From Candidatus Babeliales bacterium (GTDB lineage: Bacteria; Babelota; Babeliae; Babelales; JBFXEV01): 64,000 nucleotides of DNA. Shown in pieces: positions 1-9,259 of the stretch. Below the pieces are notes generated by a model, which saw only the letters and a program-made list of their open reading frames with translations, had not been told where the DNA came from and ran no database searches. The stretch covers positions 457,994 through 521,993 of the forward strand of contig JBFXEV010000001.1 in the NCBI GenBank assembly GCA_050179755.1, written 5' to 3'. Made by a program: the position numbers and the translations under genes. Positions within the stretch are counted from its first letter, which is position 1. Each line of letters opens with the position of its first letter.

Positions 1-420
1 TATAATCATGCGTGCAGAGAGCAAACTTTTGTACGCCAAGCAAGCCAACATCAAGCAAAAAAATCTTAAACGTATGGTATCCGCATAAGCACTTAGCGGA
101 AATTTTGGGACCTCTACAAAATTGTTTTTATAAAGCAAGCCAGCATCAACTAGCCATTGTATAGCATCTACATAATCTCTGCCCCGTGAGCTCTTTCTAA
201 TTGCAGAAAAGCTAAATTTCTTATTTTCTTTTGCAAGTTGCCGATGGACTTGATTCCATACGGTGGTGATCTTCATAACTTCTTGTGGTGGTGCATGCTT
301 TGCAAAGTCGCGCTCATACGCATTCAAAATTTCCAACTGAACAACGCGAGCAACGGAAAAATTATCATGCTTTACATACTCCGCAACCGCTGCTGGCATG
401 CCTCCTATAAAAAAATAAAG
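1..420 (-). pseudogene. Fragment of AAA_14/DUF4143-family ATPase, N-terminus missing, compensated frameshift; runs off window
   Basis: My minus-strand translation gives LYFFIGGMPAAV..QLEILNAYERDFAKHAP..QLAKENKKF..AIQWLVDAGL..PLSAYAD. The family motif FKIFLLDVGLLG appears only in a shifted frame (~pos 35-75). No Walker A region upstream. Confidence 0.75.
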
Positions 421-998
421 AGCGTATTTTGGCTACTGCACAAAAACTTTTTGAGTCTAAAGGTTTTACCAAGGTAACCATTGAGCAGATCGCACAAAAA
501 GCAGAAGTATCAGCTCCCTCAATCTATGCGATCTTTAAATCAAAAACAGGCATCTTAAGAGAGTTAATTGATACCGCTTTGCCAAGCACTGAGCGCGAAG
601 CGCTTATACATCGCGCCAAAACAGAACAGTCTCCTAAAGAACGGCTCAGAATCACCGCCGCCATCACGCGTCAACTCTATGATGCAGAGCGTACGCAAAT
701 AGGGTTGCTGCAAAACGCAGCAATTTTAGATCCCGTATTTAAGAAATTAGAACATGAGCGCGAGCAACGGCGCTATAAACGGCTAGAGGAATCAATGAAT
801 ATCATGGCGCAAGAAAAGGGATTTGCAAAAGACCTTACCACATCACAAGCGCATGATATTTTGTGGGCATTCACCGGTAGAGATCTTTATCGCATGCTCG
901 TTATTGAACGTGGCTGGACATCAGATGACTATGAAGAGTGGCTAACAGAAACATTGATCAAAACACTCATGCAATCAACAAAGTCATATATTATCTAA
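411..998 (+). CDS. TetR/AcrR-family transcriptional regulator, probably 5'-truncated
   Basis: KERILATAQKLFESKGFTKVTIEQIAQKAEVSAPSIYAIFKSK is a TetR HTH. In-frame TAA at 408-410; only a TTG (429) inside helix 1 is available as a start. Confidence 0.85.
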   Translation, partial: KNKERILATAQKLFESKGFTKVTIEQIAQKAEVSAPSIYAIFKSKTGILRELIDTALPSTEREALIHRAKTEQSPKERLRITAAITRQLYDAERTQIGLLQNAAILDPVFKKLEHEREQRRYKRLEESMNIMAQEKGFAKDLTTSQAHDILWAFTGRDLYRMLVIERGWTSDDYEEWLTETLIKTLMQSTKSYII

Positions 999-1022
999 GA
1001 AGGGTAAAATTAATAATTCAGA

Positions 1023-1376
1023 CTATTTTATTGGTTCTTTTTGCATTTTCTGCTGCTCATGTTCATATCGAAGCTTAAGCCTATTATAATGCATTTCGTG
1101 ATTTTCTGTCGTAAAAAAATGACGTTTAACACCTGTCCCAGCTAGTGGGCCACTTACTACTGGCAAAAGCCTACTAAAATGATACTCGTTACTTCTTTTA
1201 CCAAAAGTAGCAACTTGTTCTTCACCATTTGGCAAAGTCAGGTTATATACAATTTTTTCGGAGTCTTCCGACCTACTAACACTTGGATTATGCTCCATAC
1301 TTTGTGTGCTATTAAAGCAAAAAACTAACGCAAATAAGTTGATATATATCAATTTTTTAGAATTTAACAATTTCAT
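1023..1376 (-). CDS. Secreted hypothetical protein
   Basis: Sec-like N-terminus ending STQS-ME; GAGG ribosome-binding site upstream. Confidence 0.7.
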   Translation of the reverse strand: MKLLNSKKLIYINLFALVFCFNSTQSMEHNPSVSRSEDSEKIVYNLTLPNGEEQVATFGKRSNEYHFSRLLPVVSGPLAGTGVKRHFFTTENHEMHYNRLKLRYEHEQQKMQKEPIK

Positions 1377-1390
1377 GGTTACCTCTTGAG

Positions 1391-2227
1391 TTATTTATAG
1401 ATTCCTAAAAGTTTATTCATTATACTATTTTTGAGAGCATCACGTAAAGCCACTCGTATGCTATTATCATCATAAGTGCCCATAGGTACAAACCTTGTAC
1501 TCGGAATTAATGGACTCAGTTTCGCTAACTTCTCATCAACAAGCGCATTAAATTCAGCCGTATTTATTATTCTACGTACGTCTTTAACCATTCCCGCTTT
1601 TTGTAAAGTGAGCGCAATATGCAAAAGACGTTTTTCTTCGTCAGGTGATAGCATAAAATTTCCAAGCATAGCTTTAACTGTTTCATCTGTGGCCAGATCT
1701 ACTGCCATCTTATCTGATGGTGTAACCACATATGGATTTGCGCCTCCTATGAGTAACGGTATGATAAGGTATTTTTTATTGCGCTGTGCTGCAATATGTA
1801 GAGCAGTTTCGCCCTTAGGTGTTAATACATTAGGATTTGCTCCCGCAGCAAGTATGGGAACAATGAGTTGAGGATACTCACGCGTTAGTGTAAACATATT
1901 TAACACGGGATAACCATTTTCAGGGTGTTTAAAGTTTACGTCAGCCCCACTTCGAATTAACAATGCTACTATTTCGGGTGCTTTGTTGCTATCTGTATGC
2001 ATCATTGCCAAAGTATATAATGGCGTGCTTCCCGATTTATTGATAGCATTAACATTAACAAGCTTAAGTAATCTTTCAGTTTCTGGTATATTTCCAGCAA
2101 ACGCTGCCTCGGTCAGTTGATCCGCTAAGCCCGTTTGTGCCGCTGGTTGTACCATTGGTAAAGCCGTGCTAACAATGAAGATTTGAACTATTAATAATAA
2201 TATAATTGATTGCTTCATTTGTTTCAT
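1391..2227 (-). CDS. Secreted ankyrin-repeat protein
   Basis: Signal peptide; GSTPLY, GADVN, GETALHIAA, GANP ankyrin motifs; helical C-terminal tail. Confidence 0.9.
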   Translation of the reverse strand: MKQMKQSIILLLIVQIFIVSTALPMVQPAAQTGLADQLTEAAFAGNIPETERLLKLVNVNAINKSGSTPLYTLAMMHTDSNKAPEIVALLIRSGADVNFKHPENGYPVLNMFTLTREYPQLIVPILAAGANPNVLTPKGETALHIAAQRNKKYLIIPLLIGGANPYVVTPSDKMAVDLATDETVKAMLGNFMLSPDEEKRLLHIALTLQKAGMVKDVRRIINTAEFNALVDEKLAKLSPLIPSTRFVPMGTYDDNSIRVALRDALKNSIMNKLLGIYK

Positions 2228-2416
2228 ACTATTCCTTCTTATCGATACTGATTCTCTCTAATTTAAGATTAGCTATTTATGAGGGGCAAAGTCAATACTA
2301 AAGGAGTCGAAAATCCCGGATTTACGGCCTTTTTCCACTCCTGCAACATTGATCTTATGAACAATAATTAGGTATGCTGATAGTAGAAAAATCAACTGCT
2401 GAAAGGCCTCAAAATC

Positions 2417-3724
2417 ATGTATATTAAAAAGTTACTATGCGTAATCAGTATAAGCATGCTAGCAATGCCACTATACGCCATGGAATCACCCAAAAAAAGT
2501 AATAAATCGGCATATGAAGATCTTGTGGCAGCAGTACAACATAATAACACAGAAAAAGTAATTACTCTTGTAGAGAATGGCATTGATAGTCTAAACAGAG
2601 AAGATCTCTTAAGAATGGCTGAGAGCAATGGAACTGAGCCAATGCTCAAGGCACTCACCACCACATTAGCACCTAGTGAAATCAAACGAGCTTTGCCCAC
2701 CGTTATTAAATCAATTTACGAACAATCCAAGATATCAATGGGCTCAGCGGCAACTGCAGGAATTATATTAAAACCTAAATCCGTGGAAAAAGTATATGAA
2801 TCATACAAAAGAGATGAAAACATAATAAAGGCGATTGCACAAGAAAAATATCAGCTAGCAAAAAAATATTTGCCTCAAGAATCTGATGAAGCAATAAAAA
2901 GTGCCATTCAAAATAGCATGAATAGAGTAATTGCCAAAGTGCCCGAAATACGTGAGGCATTAGATCATGCATTATTGACGGCTCTTGTTAACTGGAAACA
3001 GTACGATGATTATGGGAAAGTAGTAGAAAATGCTCAAACACTTAGAGGCGTACAAACATTACTCGCACTTGGTGCTGATCCAAACGCAATAGATATTTAT
3101 GGATTTGAAAAGGAGAAAATAGATACACCTCTTTTTGCAGCGCGGCGCAAAGGATTGCCAATAAGCATAACCTTACTCATTGAAGCAGGTGCAGATAAAA
3201 GTATGGATTTAAATGCGCCATTAAGAGCACTCCATGGAGACGCAAAGTATCGTGATAAGCAAGTTCTATTTGACAGTGTTATGCGTGTAAGCAAGGAACC
3301 TATAAAACGAGCATTCTTAACAGCAGTCAGCCCCAAAGATGTAAAGCATATCATTCCCGGCATTATTGCATTAACTAAACATTATAGAGAAGCAGGTTTG
3401 CCCAAAGACATGGGTAATTTAATAGCCTCACACATTGTGCCTGATTTATTGAATGAAAAACTAACTTTAGCAAAAAAATATGCTTATAAACCGATTCGCG
3501 AAGAAGCGGCATTACGTAACAGCATTCTTGAAAGCTTCAAAAGAGTTATGCGCAAATCAATAAATAAAATTCCCGCATTTATCACATTATCGACTGAAGA
3601 ATTAACCACGCCACTACCACAACCTGCTGCAGCGCAAGTTCAGCACCCTCAAGTACAACAAGCAGCGCCTGATTATTCACTCAGGGGGTGGGCTGCCTGG
3701 TTATTTGGGACTTCAAGTAAATAA
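2417..3724 (+). CDS. Secreted protein with ankyrin repeats and a duplicated helical domain
   Basis: Signal LYA-ME; LLALGADPN, TPLFAA, LLIEAGAD; two copies of an EK..LAKKY....I.[NE]S..RV block. Confidence 0.85.
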   Translation: MYIKKLLCVISISMLAMPLYAMESPKKSNKSAYEDLVAAVQHNNTEKVITLVENGIDSLNREDLLRMAESNGTEPMLKALTTTLAPSEIKRALPTVIKSIYEQSKISMGSAATAGIILKPKSVEKVYESYKRDENIIKAIAQEKYQLAKKYLPQESDEAIKSAIQNSMNRVIAKVPEIREALDHALLTALVNWKQYDDYGKVVENAQTLRGVQTLLALGADPNAIDIYGFEKEKIDTPLFAARRKGLPISITLLIEAGADKSMDLNAPLRALHGDAKYRDKQVLFDSVMRVSKEPIKRAFLTAVSPKDVKHIIPGIIALTKHYREAGLPKDMGNLIASHIVPDLLNEKLTLAKKYAYKPIREEAALRNSILESFKRVMRKSINKIPAFITLSTEELTTPLPQPAAAQVQHPQVQQAAPDYSLRGWAAWLFGTSSK

Positions 3725-3824
3725 AACTTTCCTTCCCGACCCATTAATCAAATGGCTCATAGAATCTACATTTTCACTGTTTTATGCTATACTAGAAGGA
3801 CAATACATTAAAGGCCATTATCAT

Positions 3825-4382
3825 ATGAATACCAATAAACTATTTCTATTAACATTCTCATATGCCCTCTTTTGTACCACATCTCTTTATTCCATGGAAA
3901 GACTGACTCTTCGCGGTGTATTAAAGGGCCACTACACGCCCACACCATTAGAAGATTTGCAAATGGTAGCCGAAATCATAGCACCAAAACCCTTCACACA
4001 AGATGAGCTTCAAGCGCACCAATGGCACGTGCCTGATACTATACAGAACCTATCTCACATGTTATGGCGTTCAAATGAATTAAGCCAAGATGCCAACGTG
4101 CAGCGACTTGCAGCTTGTCCCCAGGAATTAAAAGATGATACTTTAAAAGTATTTTTTAGAAAAAGCCTTCGGGGTATATCAGTACCACCATTACAAAAAT
4201 ATCAAATATCTTGTTGTCTTGCAGCGGGCGCTCAGCTTGCCGCCATAGAGAAAAAATTTACCGCTTGGTTAGCGCATAAAACTAAGTGCTCACAACCGGC
4301 AGTTCAAGATTGTTGGCAAAGCTTACCTCCTGATATACAAAAAGACCTGTTTGCCATCATCTTTCTATTTACAGAAAAATGA
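3825..4382 (+). CDS. Secreted hypothetical protein with C-terminal WxSLP motif
   Basis: Start moved to MNTNKLF (AAGG RBS, TGCTATACT upstream); signal LYS-ME; ends WQSLPPDIQKDLF. Confidence 0.75.
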   Translation: MNTNKLFLLTFSYALFCTTSLYSMERLTLRGVLKGHYTPTPLEDLQMVAEIIAPKPFTQDELQAHQWHVPDTIQNLSHMLWRSNELSQDANVQRLAACPQELKDDTLKVFFRKSLRGISVPPLQKYQISCCLAAGAQLAAIEKKFTAWLAHKTKCSQPAVQDCWQSLPPDIQKDLFAIIFLFTEK

Positions 4383-4391
4383 GAAGACCAA

Positions 4392-4937
4392 ATGAAAAAA
4401 CTCCTTCTTATTAGTTTACTACTCACAAATTTGGCCTCAGCTATGGAACTAGAACAATTACCGCTAGCTCCCTGTTTCCACCCGCAACGTCCACCCACGT
4501 TCAGAGAACTTTTTAATAACCCCAAAGAACAAGAAAAAGCATTGGCTGCTAAATGTAGACCTTTAATAAGAAAAGCCTGCTTACATGGTTGCATCAGCAG
4601 CGGCGCAGGAATTATAGCTATTCATAGCTTACTCACCTATCTGGGAGAAAACACTTCTTATGCACCTTTATTAGCTTGCGTAATGGCGAGCGGAGCTGCC
4701 GTAATAAGCGCTAATAGATGCATTAAATCGTACAGCAAAGCTATACAAATAAAAAAAGAAGATATATTTGAAAGCCCCAGATTAACACTATCTCTTCTTG
4801 GTCGCTTGGATTCTACAATAGATCCGCTCTATGATGAAAGCAATCTTTATTTTTATAGGCTGAAAAAAGCTCAACAGCGATCAACACGATCATGTAATCT
4901 TTTTGGCATTTTCTCATTTTTCTACAAAAAAAGATAA
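4392..4937 (+). CDS. Secreted/membrane hypothetical protein
   Basis: Signal ASA-ME; two internal hydrophobic segments. Confidence 0.75.
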   Translation: MKKLLLISLLLTNLASAMELEQLPLAPCFHPQRPPTFRELFNNPKEQEKALAAKCRPLIRKACLHGCISSGAGIIAIHSLLTYLGENTSYAPLLACVMASGAAVISANRCIKSYSKAIQIKKEDIFESPRLTLSLLGRLDSTIDPLYDESNLYFYRLKKAQQRSTRSCNLFGIFSFFYKKR

Positions 4938-4967
4938 AAGGCAAAACCACGTTATGCCCTCCACATG

Positions 4968-5455
4968 CTATTGAAATATTCCAAAAATACTGCCACTCGT
5001 CACTTCAGCTTCTAGTAAAGATAATTGTTTTGCTTTTTCGGTAACCAGAGAACGGCGAGCATCATCAGTAATTTGTTGTGATAGCTTATGCATTATTGGA
5101 ATTAAGGCTTCCCGCTCACGAATCGCGGCCTCATAAGAAATCCAGCGAAAGCGACGTGGAATAAATTCTGGACGCCCGACGTACATAATGCTAGCCTTCA
5201 ATCCTTCCATATCCATTATAACTTGTAACAACTTATTCTCAGTTGCAGAGAATTCTGGCTCTGAAAAATAACATGGGTCAAATAATCTATCTTTGCGCTT
5301 TTCTACTTTTGGGGCAGTCTTCTTGGCATGAGCCAAGCTCAGACGCACATAATCAATTTTCGGGCTGTCTTTTTTAGACCGCTTAGTTGCATAGCTTCTG
5401 CTTGAAGAAACAAGCATAGAGTAATCGCAAGTACTAATGAAAATTTGTAAGACAC
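4968..5455 (-). CDS. Secreted hypothetical protein split by a -1 frameshift
   Basis: GTG at 5455 after AAAGGA RBS encodes MSYKFSLVLAITLCLFLQAEA-MQLSGLKK..., stop at 5339-5341. The long ORF 4968..5417 is in the -1 frame. A_AAA_AAG at 5369-5375. Confidence 0.65.
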
Positions 5456-5618
5456 TGGAATTCCTTTGATTTATATTTCTTTACCCCAGATTATAACACA
5501 GGATCCAAAGAAAAAGCAGCTACACAAAAGGCAATCTAGCATTTTTAAACTGCTCCCTTAGACTACTTTTCTCGCTTTTTATGCTATACTAAAAATACCA
5601 AAAAAAGCATAAAAAATT

Positions 5619-6920
5619 ATGGCACACTTCAAAAAACCAGACTTACCCTCTCTGCCTGGGGTATACCTTTTTAAGAACACCCAGCATGAGATCATATACG
5701 TTGGCAAAGCAAAATCCCTCAAAGACAGGGTAGCAAGCTATTTCCATAAGCATGGCACCGACTGGAAAATAGATGGTTTACTCAGTGAATTTGAAACCAT
5801 CGAGCACGTGGTCACCCATACCGAGCATGAGGCCTTGCTTTTGGAAGCCCAGCTCATTCAAGAACATATGCCCAAATATAACGTGCTCCTTAAAAGCGGG
5901 CAGCCATTTGTGTGGGTGGTTTTTACCAATGACCCGGTGCCCCAAGTGGAGCTTGTGCGTGCCAAAAAGCGCAAAGGCACCTACTTTGGCCCTTTTATGC
6001 ATAAAAAGCAAGCTCGCGGCGCCATGGAATATATACGCCATACGTTTAAGCTTTTATGGTGCTCCAAAAAGATTCCAGGCGGGTGCTTGTATTATCACCT
6101 TGATTTGTGTGTGGGCAGCTGCAAAGAAGACTTTGACACCAACGCTTATCTTTTTAGGGTAAACCTGGCTATTAACTTGCTCAAAGGCCGCTATAAAGAA
6201 TCTATCAAAGAGCTTAATGAAAAAATTAAAGAATACACGCATAATTTAGAATATGAAAAAGCGCGTAATTTGCATGGCTACTTGCAAAACTTAGAAGTAA
6301 TTTTTAACACGCTCAAAACACGTTTTACCGAAACTAAATATGATAAAGAAGTCTTTCTGGCAACAACGCCCATTTGGCGTAACACCAAGCCAGACCCCAC
6401 TCTTGCGCATAAAGTGCAAGAACTTTTAAAACTTGATGTAGCACCTCAAACTATTGATTGCTTTGATATCTCACATTTTCAGAGTAATGCTATGGTGGGC
6501 TCGTGTGTGCGCTTTGTAAACGGCGTGCCAGATAAAAATAGCTTCCGTAGATTTAAGATTAAAACGCTTAATGAGCAAAATGATTATGCAGCGCTCCAAG
6601 AGATTGTAAAGCGGCGCTATAAAGACCCTGCCGATATGCCTGACCTGGCAGTTATTGATGGCGGCAAAGGCCAACTTTCTGCGGTGAAAATGGTAATGCC
6701 AAACTTGCGTTGCGTTGCTCTTGCAAAACGAGAAGAGACTATTTATTCACCTGGCGATCCAGTGGGCATTAAACTTGATATCAATAGCGATGTTGGCAAA
6801 CTCATGACGGCTTTGCGTGATTATGCGCACCATTTTGCAATCAGTTATCATCGTTTGAAAAGAAGAAAAGATCAAGAAATTGTTTTTGATATTGTAAGCA
6901 GAGCTAAACATAAAAAATAA
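5619..6920 (+). CDS. uvrC: Excinuclease ABC subunit C (short form)
   Basis: GIY-YIG (PGVYLF..IIYVGKAKSL), Cys-rich segment, UVR domain, RNase H-like domain (DCFDISH, IDGGKGQL, LRDYAHHFA). No C-terminal HhH. Confidence 0.93.
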   Translation: MAHFKKPDLPSLPGVYLFKNTQHEIIYVGKAKSLKDRVASYFHKHGTDWKIDGLLSEFETIEHVVTHTEHEALLLEAQLIQEHMPKYNVLLKSGQPFVWVVFTNDPVPQVELVRAKKRKGTYFGPFMHKKQARGAMEYIRHTFKLLWCSKKIPGGCLYYHLDLCVGSCKEDFDTNAYLFRVNLAINLLKGRYKESIKELNEKIKEYTHNLEYEKARNLHGYLQNLEVIFNTLKTRFTETKYDKEVFLATTPIWRNTKPDPTLAHKVQELLKLDVAPQTIDCFDISHFQSNAMVGSCVRFVNGVPDKNSFRRFKIKTLNEQNDYAALQEIVKRRYKDPADMPDLAVIDGGKGQLSAVKMVMPNLRCVALAKREETIYSPGDPVGIKLDINSDVGKLMTALRDYAHHFAISYHRLKRRKDQEIVFDIVSRAKHKK

Positions 6921-6923
6921 GAT

Positions 6924-7505
6924 GTGAAAATGGCTATAAAGTGTCTAGTATTCGTAACTTTACTACTATCAATACATCTTGCTTGGACTATGGAACAGGC
7001 AACATATAAATATACATGTACTGCCTCATGTAATAGTAACGTATTACATGAACTACACAACAAAATGACCATACCTGAACCTAACTCAGAAGCAGCTGGT
7101 TGTCTCTTAAAAGAAGTTCATATTTGGCATGATAAAGAAATATGTATATTAACTGGAGGGAAACCTTCAAAAGCTCTTAAAGTATTAGAAACAATGCGAG
7201 AGAATTACTTACAAACCAATTCTTGGTATCTGGGGACCACTGTATCTCATCTTCCAGAATTCAATTGCATTACCCCTTGCAGATTACTTATATGGATGGC
7301 AAATTTAATAATGAAAGATAACCAACCGTCAATAACTAATGAGAGCATAGAGTCAGCATGGTATGGACTACCAGACGCAATGCGATCACAAATTTTGTGC
7401 ACTATCAAACATCATAAAAGTGAGCTTACAGAAGCACAAAAAAAGAAACCCGCAACGTTTGATGCATTATGCATGTTTGATCCTTGTGGAAGACTTGATT
7501 TCTAA
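6924..7505 (+). CDS. Secreted hypothetical protein with WxGLP tail motif
   Basis: Signal AWT-ME; WMAN...WYGLPDAMRSQIL near the C-terminus. Confidence 0.7.
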   Translation: MKMAIKCLVFVTLLLSIHLAWTMEQATYKYTCTASCNSNVLHELHNKMTIPEPNSEAAGCLLKEVHIWHDKEICILTGGKPSKALKVLETMRENYLQTNSWYLGTTVSHLPEFNCITPCRLLIWMANLIMKDNQPSITNESIESAWYGLPDAMRSQILCTIKHHKSELTEAQKKKPATFDALCMFDPCGRLDF

Positions 7506-7597
7506 ACCAATTTGATTCCTCAGAGGAACTTATCTTTAACGCAGTGCGACCAACTTTAAACTCAACATATTTACATTACGTCAGTTAAAGGCATTCT

Positions 7598-9133
7598 ATG
7601 CTCTCGCGCAAAAAACTATTCTTAAGCATCGCTCTTCTTTTTAGCAACACCACACTCATGTGCATGAAAAGATTAACTCATGATGCAGCAGAACGCAAAG
7701 AAGGAACTGGTGATCGCAAAACAGCTGCCATGTACGCCCAATTATTTAGAGCTTGTGAAACAGATATTGGAAAGTTACATGAAATTCTCCAAAATCCTCA
7801 TATTGATACAAACATAACAGACGGCGATAGAGGAACACCTTTATGTGTGGCAATCACAGAGCTGGGTTTACACGCGCCCTGGAAAAACGGTTACCAAGCA
7901 ATCATATGCCTTATTACACATCGTGCAGACATTACTATGCCAACAGCAAAAGGTGATACCCCGCTGCATCTTGCTATTAAATTAAAAAAGAAGGTATATC
8001 ACGTACCGCAAGAGGTTGTCTATCTCATTAACTATTTAATTGCCAAAGGTGCCAATGTTGCTGCACAAAATAGACAGGGCAAAACACCACTCCACGGGGC
8101 GGTAGCACTGTCATTTGATGCCGCAATACCAGTGCTCTTAAAAAGAAAAGCATCTCTCCATACATTTGCTCAACATCATACACCTTTACATCTTGCACTT
8201 ATGAAGGGGTCCCTACATACAGCAAAGCTTATTATTGATGAAGAATTAAAACAAAACCCCCTAGAGCATCTAGGCTACGTTTATTGTATACTGGGCGATA
8301 TGTTCAATGCATTAAACTTTGAACAAGCATCAGATTATAATCAGCACCAATCTCGATCTATTCTCACAGCAAAAATTATATATATGCTGCAGCACGGTTG
8401 GCCACTTGATGCCATGGGCCTTTCTAGAGAAGTTGATGGAACAGAACTTGTGATGCAGCATGTCTATAAACCATTTTTTTTAGCAATTCAACGTGGTGAT
8501 GTGCTTGAAGTTAAGCGGCGCCTTAATCAAAAAACGGGTCTCCACCACAATTTTTACCACTGGAATAATGATAATGAGTTAAGGTCTTGGATTAGAAATG
8601 CTGGCTTTGAAAATCATTGCACACCCCTCAGTCTTGCTTTGCATGCAAGAACATTTTCTTGCGACATGGTGCCTCTATTACTCGACAGAGGTGGCTTTAC
8701 ATCGCTCACAAGTGAATCAGTACGCCGAGCATATACTCATGGTCACCTTGAGCATGCACAGCTGCTTTTTAGCTATTTGCCTAAATCATTAATAAAAAGA
8801 TATTGGTACCACATTGCAATTTCACTTTTTCAAAACAGACACGTACGACATTTTTCACGCGACTTGCGCAATCTTTTGGCATTTTATTGCATACAAGAGG
8901 CTTGCATACAAGATAACCTCACTAGATGCAAGGAACTATTTGCGATAAGAACTCTTGTACATGATCATAATCGTGCCTATTATGTCAGAAAAGAGATCAC
9001 ACCACTTGAAAGCAATGACCCACACAGAAACAAACAATATCAGCATGATTATGATCACCTGTTAGATAATATACCGGTTTGGCAAAAGAATATTTATGAG
9101 GCGATTATGCAACATAATGTTAAAAAGGCATAA
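7598..9133 (+). CDS. Secreted ankyrin-repeat protein
   Basis: Signal peptide; GTPLCVA, GDTPLHLA, GKTPLHGA, HTPLHLA, CTPLSLA. Confidence 0.9.
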   Translation: MLSRKKLFLSIALLFSNTTLMCMKRLTHDAAERKEGTGDRKTAAMYAQLFRACETDIGKLHEILQNPHIDTNITDGDRGTPLCVAITELGLHAPWKNGYQAIICLITHRADITMPTAKGDTPLHLAIKLKKKVYHVPQEVVYLINYLIAKGANVAAQNRQGKTPLHGAVALSFDAAIPVLLKRKASLHTFAQHHTPLHLALMKGSLHTAKLIIDEELKQNPLEHLGYVYCILGDMFNALNFEQASDYNQHQSRSILTAKIIYMLQHGWPLDAMGLSREVDGTELVMQHVYKPFFLAIQRGDVLEVKRRLNQKTGLHHNFYHWNNDNELRSWIRNAGFENHCTPLSLALHARTFSCDMVPLLLDRGGFTSLTSESVRRAYTHGHLEHAQLLFSYLPKSLIKRYWYHIAISLFQNRHVRHFSRDLRNLLAFYCIQEACIQDNLTRCKELFAIRTLVHDHNRAYYVRKEITPLESNDPHRNKQYQHDYDHLLDNIPVWQKNIYEAIMQHNVKKA

Positions 9134-9259
9134 GAGCAAAAAATAGCATATAAAGAATGAAGTTCTGAGAAAGGTAGACAGTATCCCCATTTGGCAAGAA
9201 TAAATAGATAGTGCTATCATAAGTTTTATGAATAGAAGAATGATTTCTTAAGGAAGAAC

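Noticed and set aside
238..477. 79-aa plus-strand ORF as the TetR N-terminus
   Set aside because: It is the antisense shadow of the ATPase remnant and has no TetR-like sequence.
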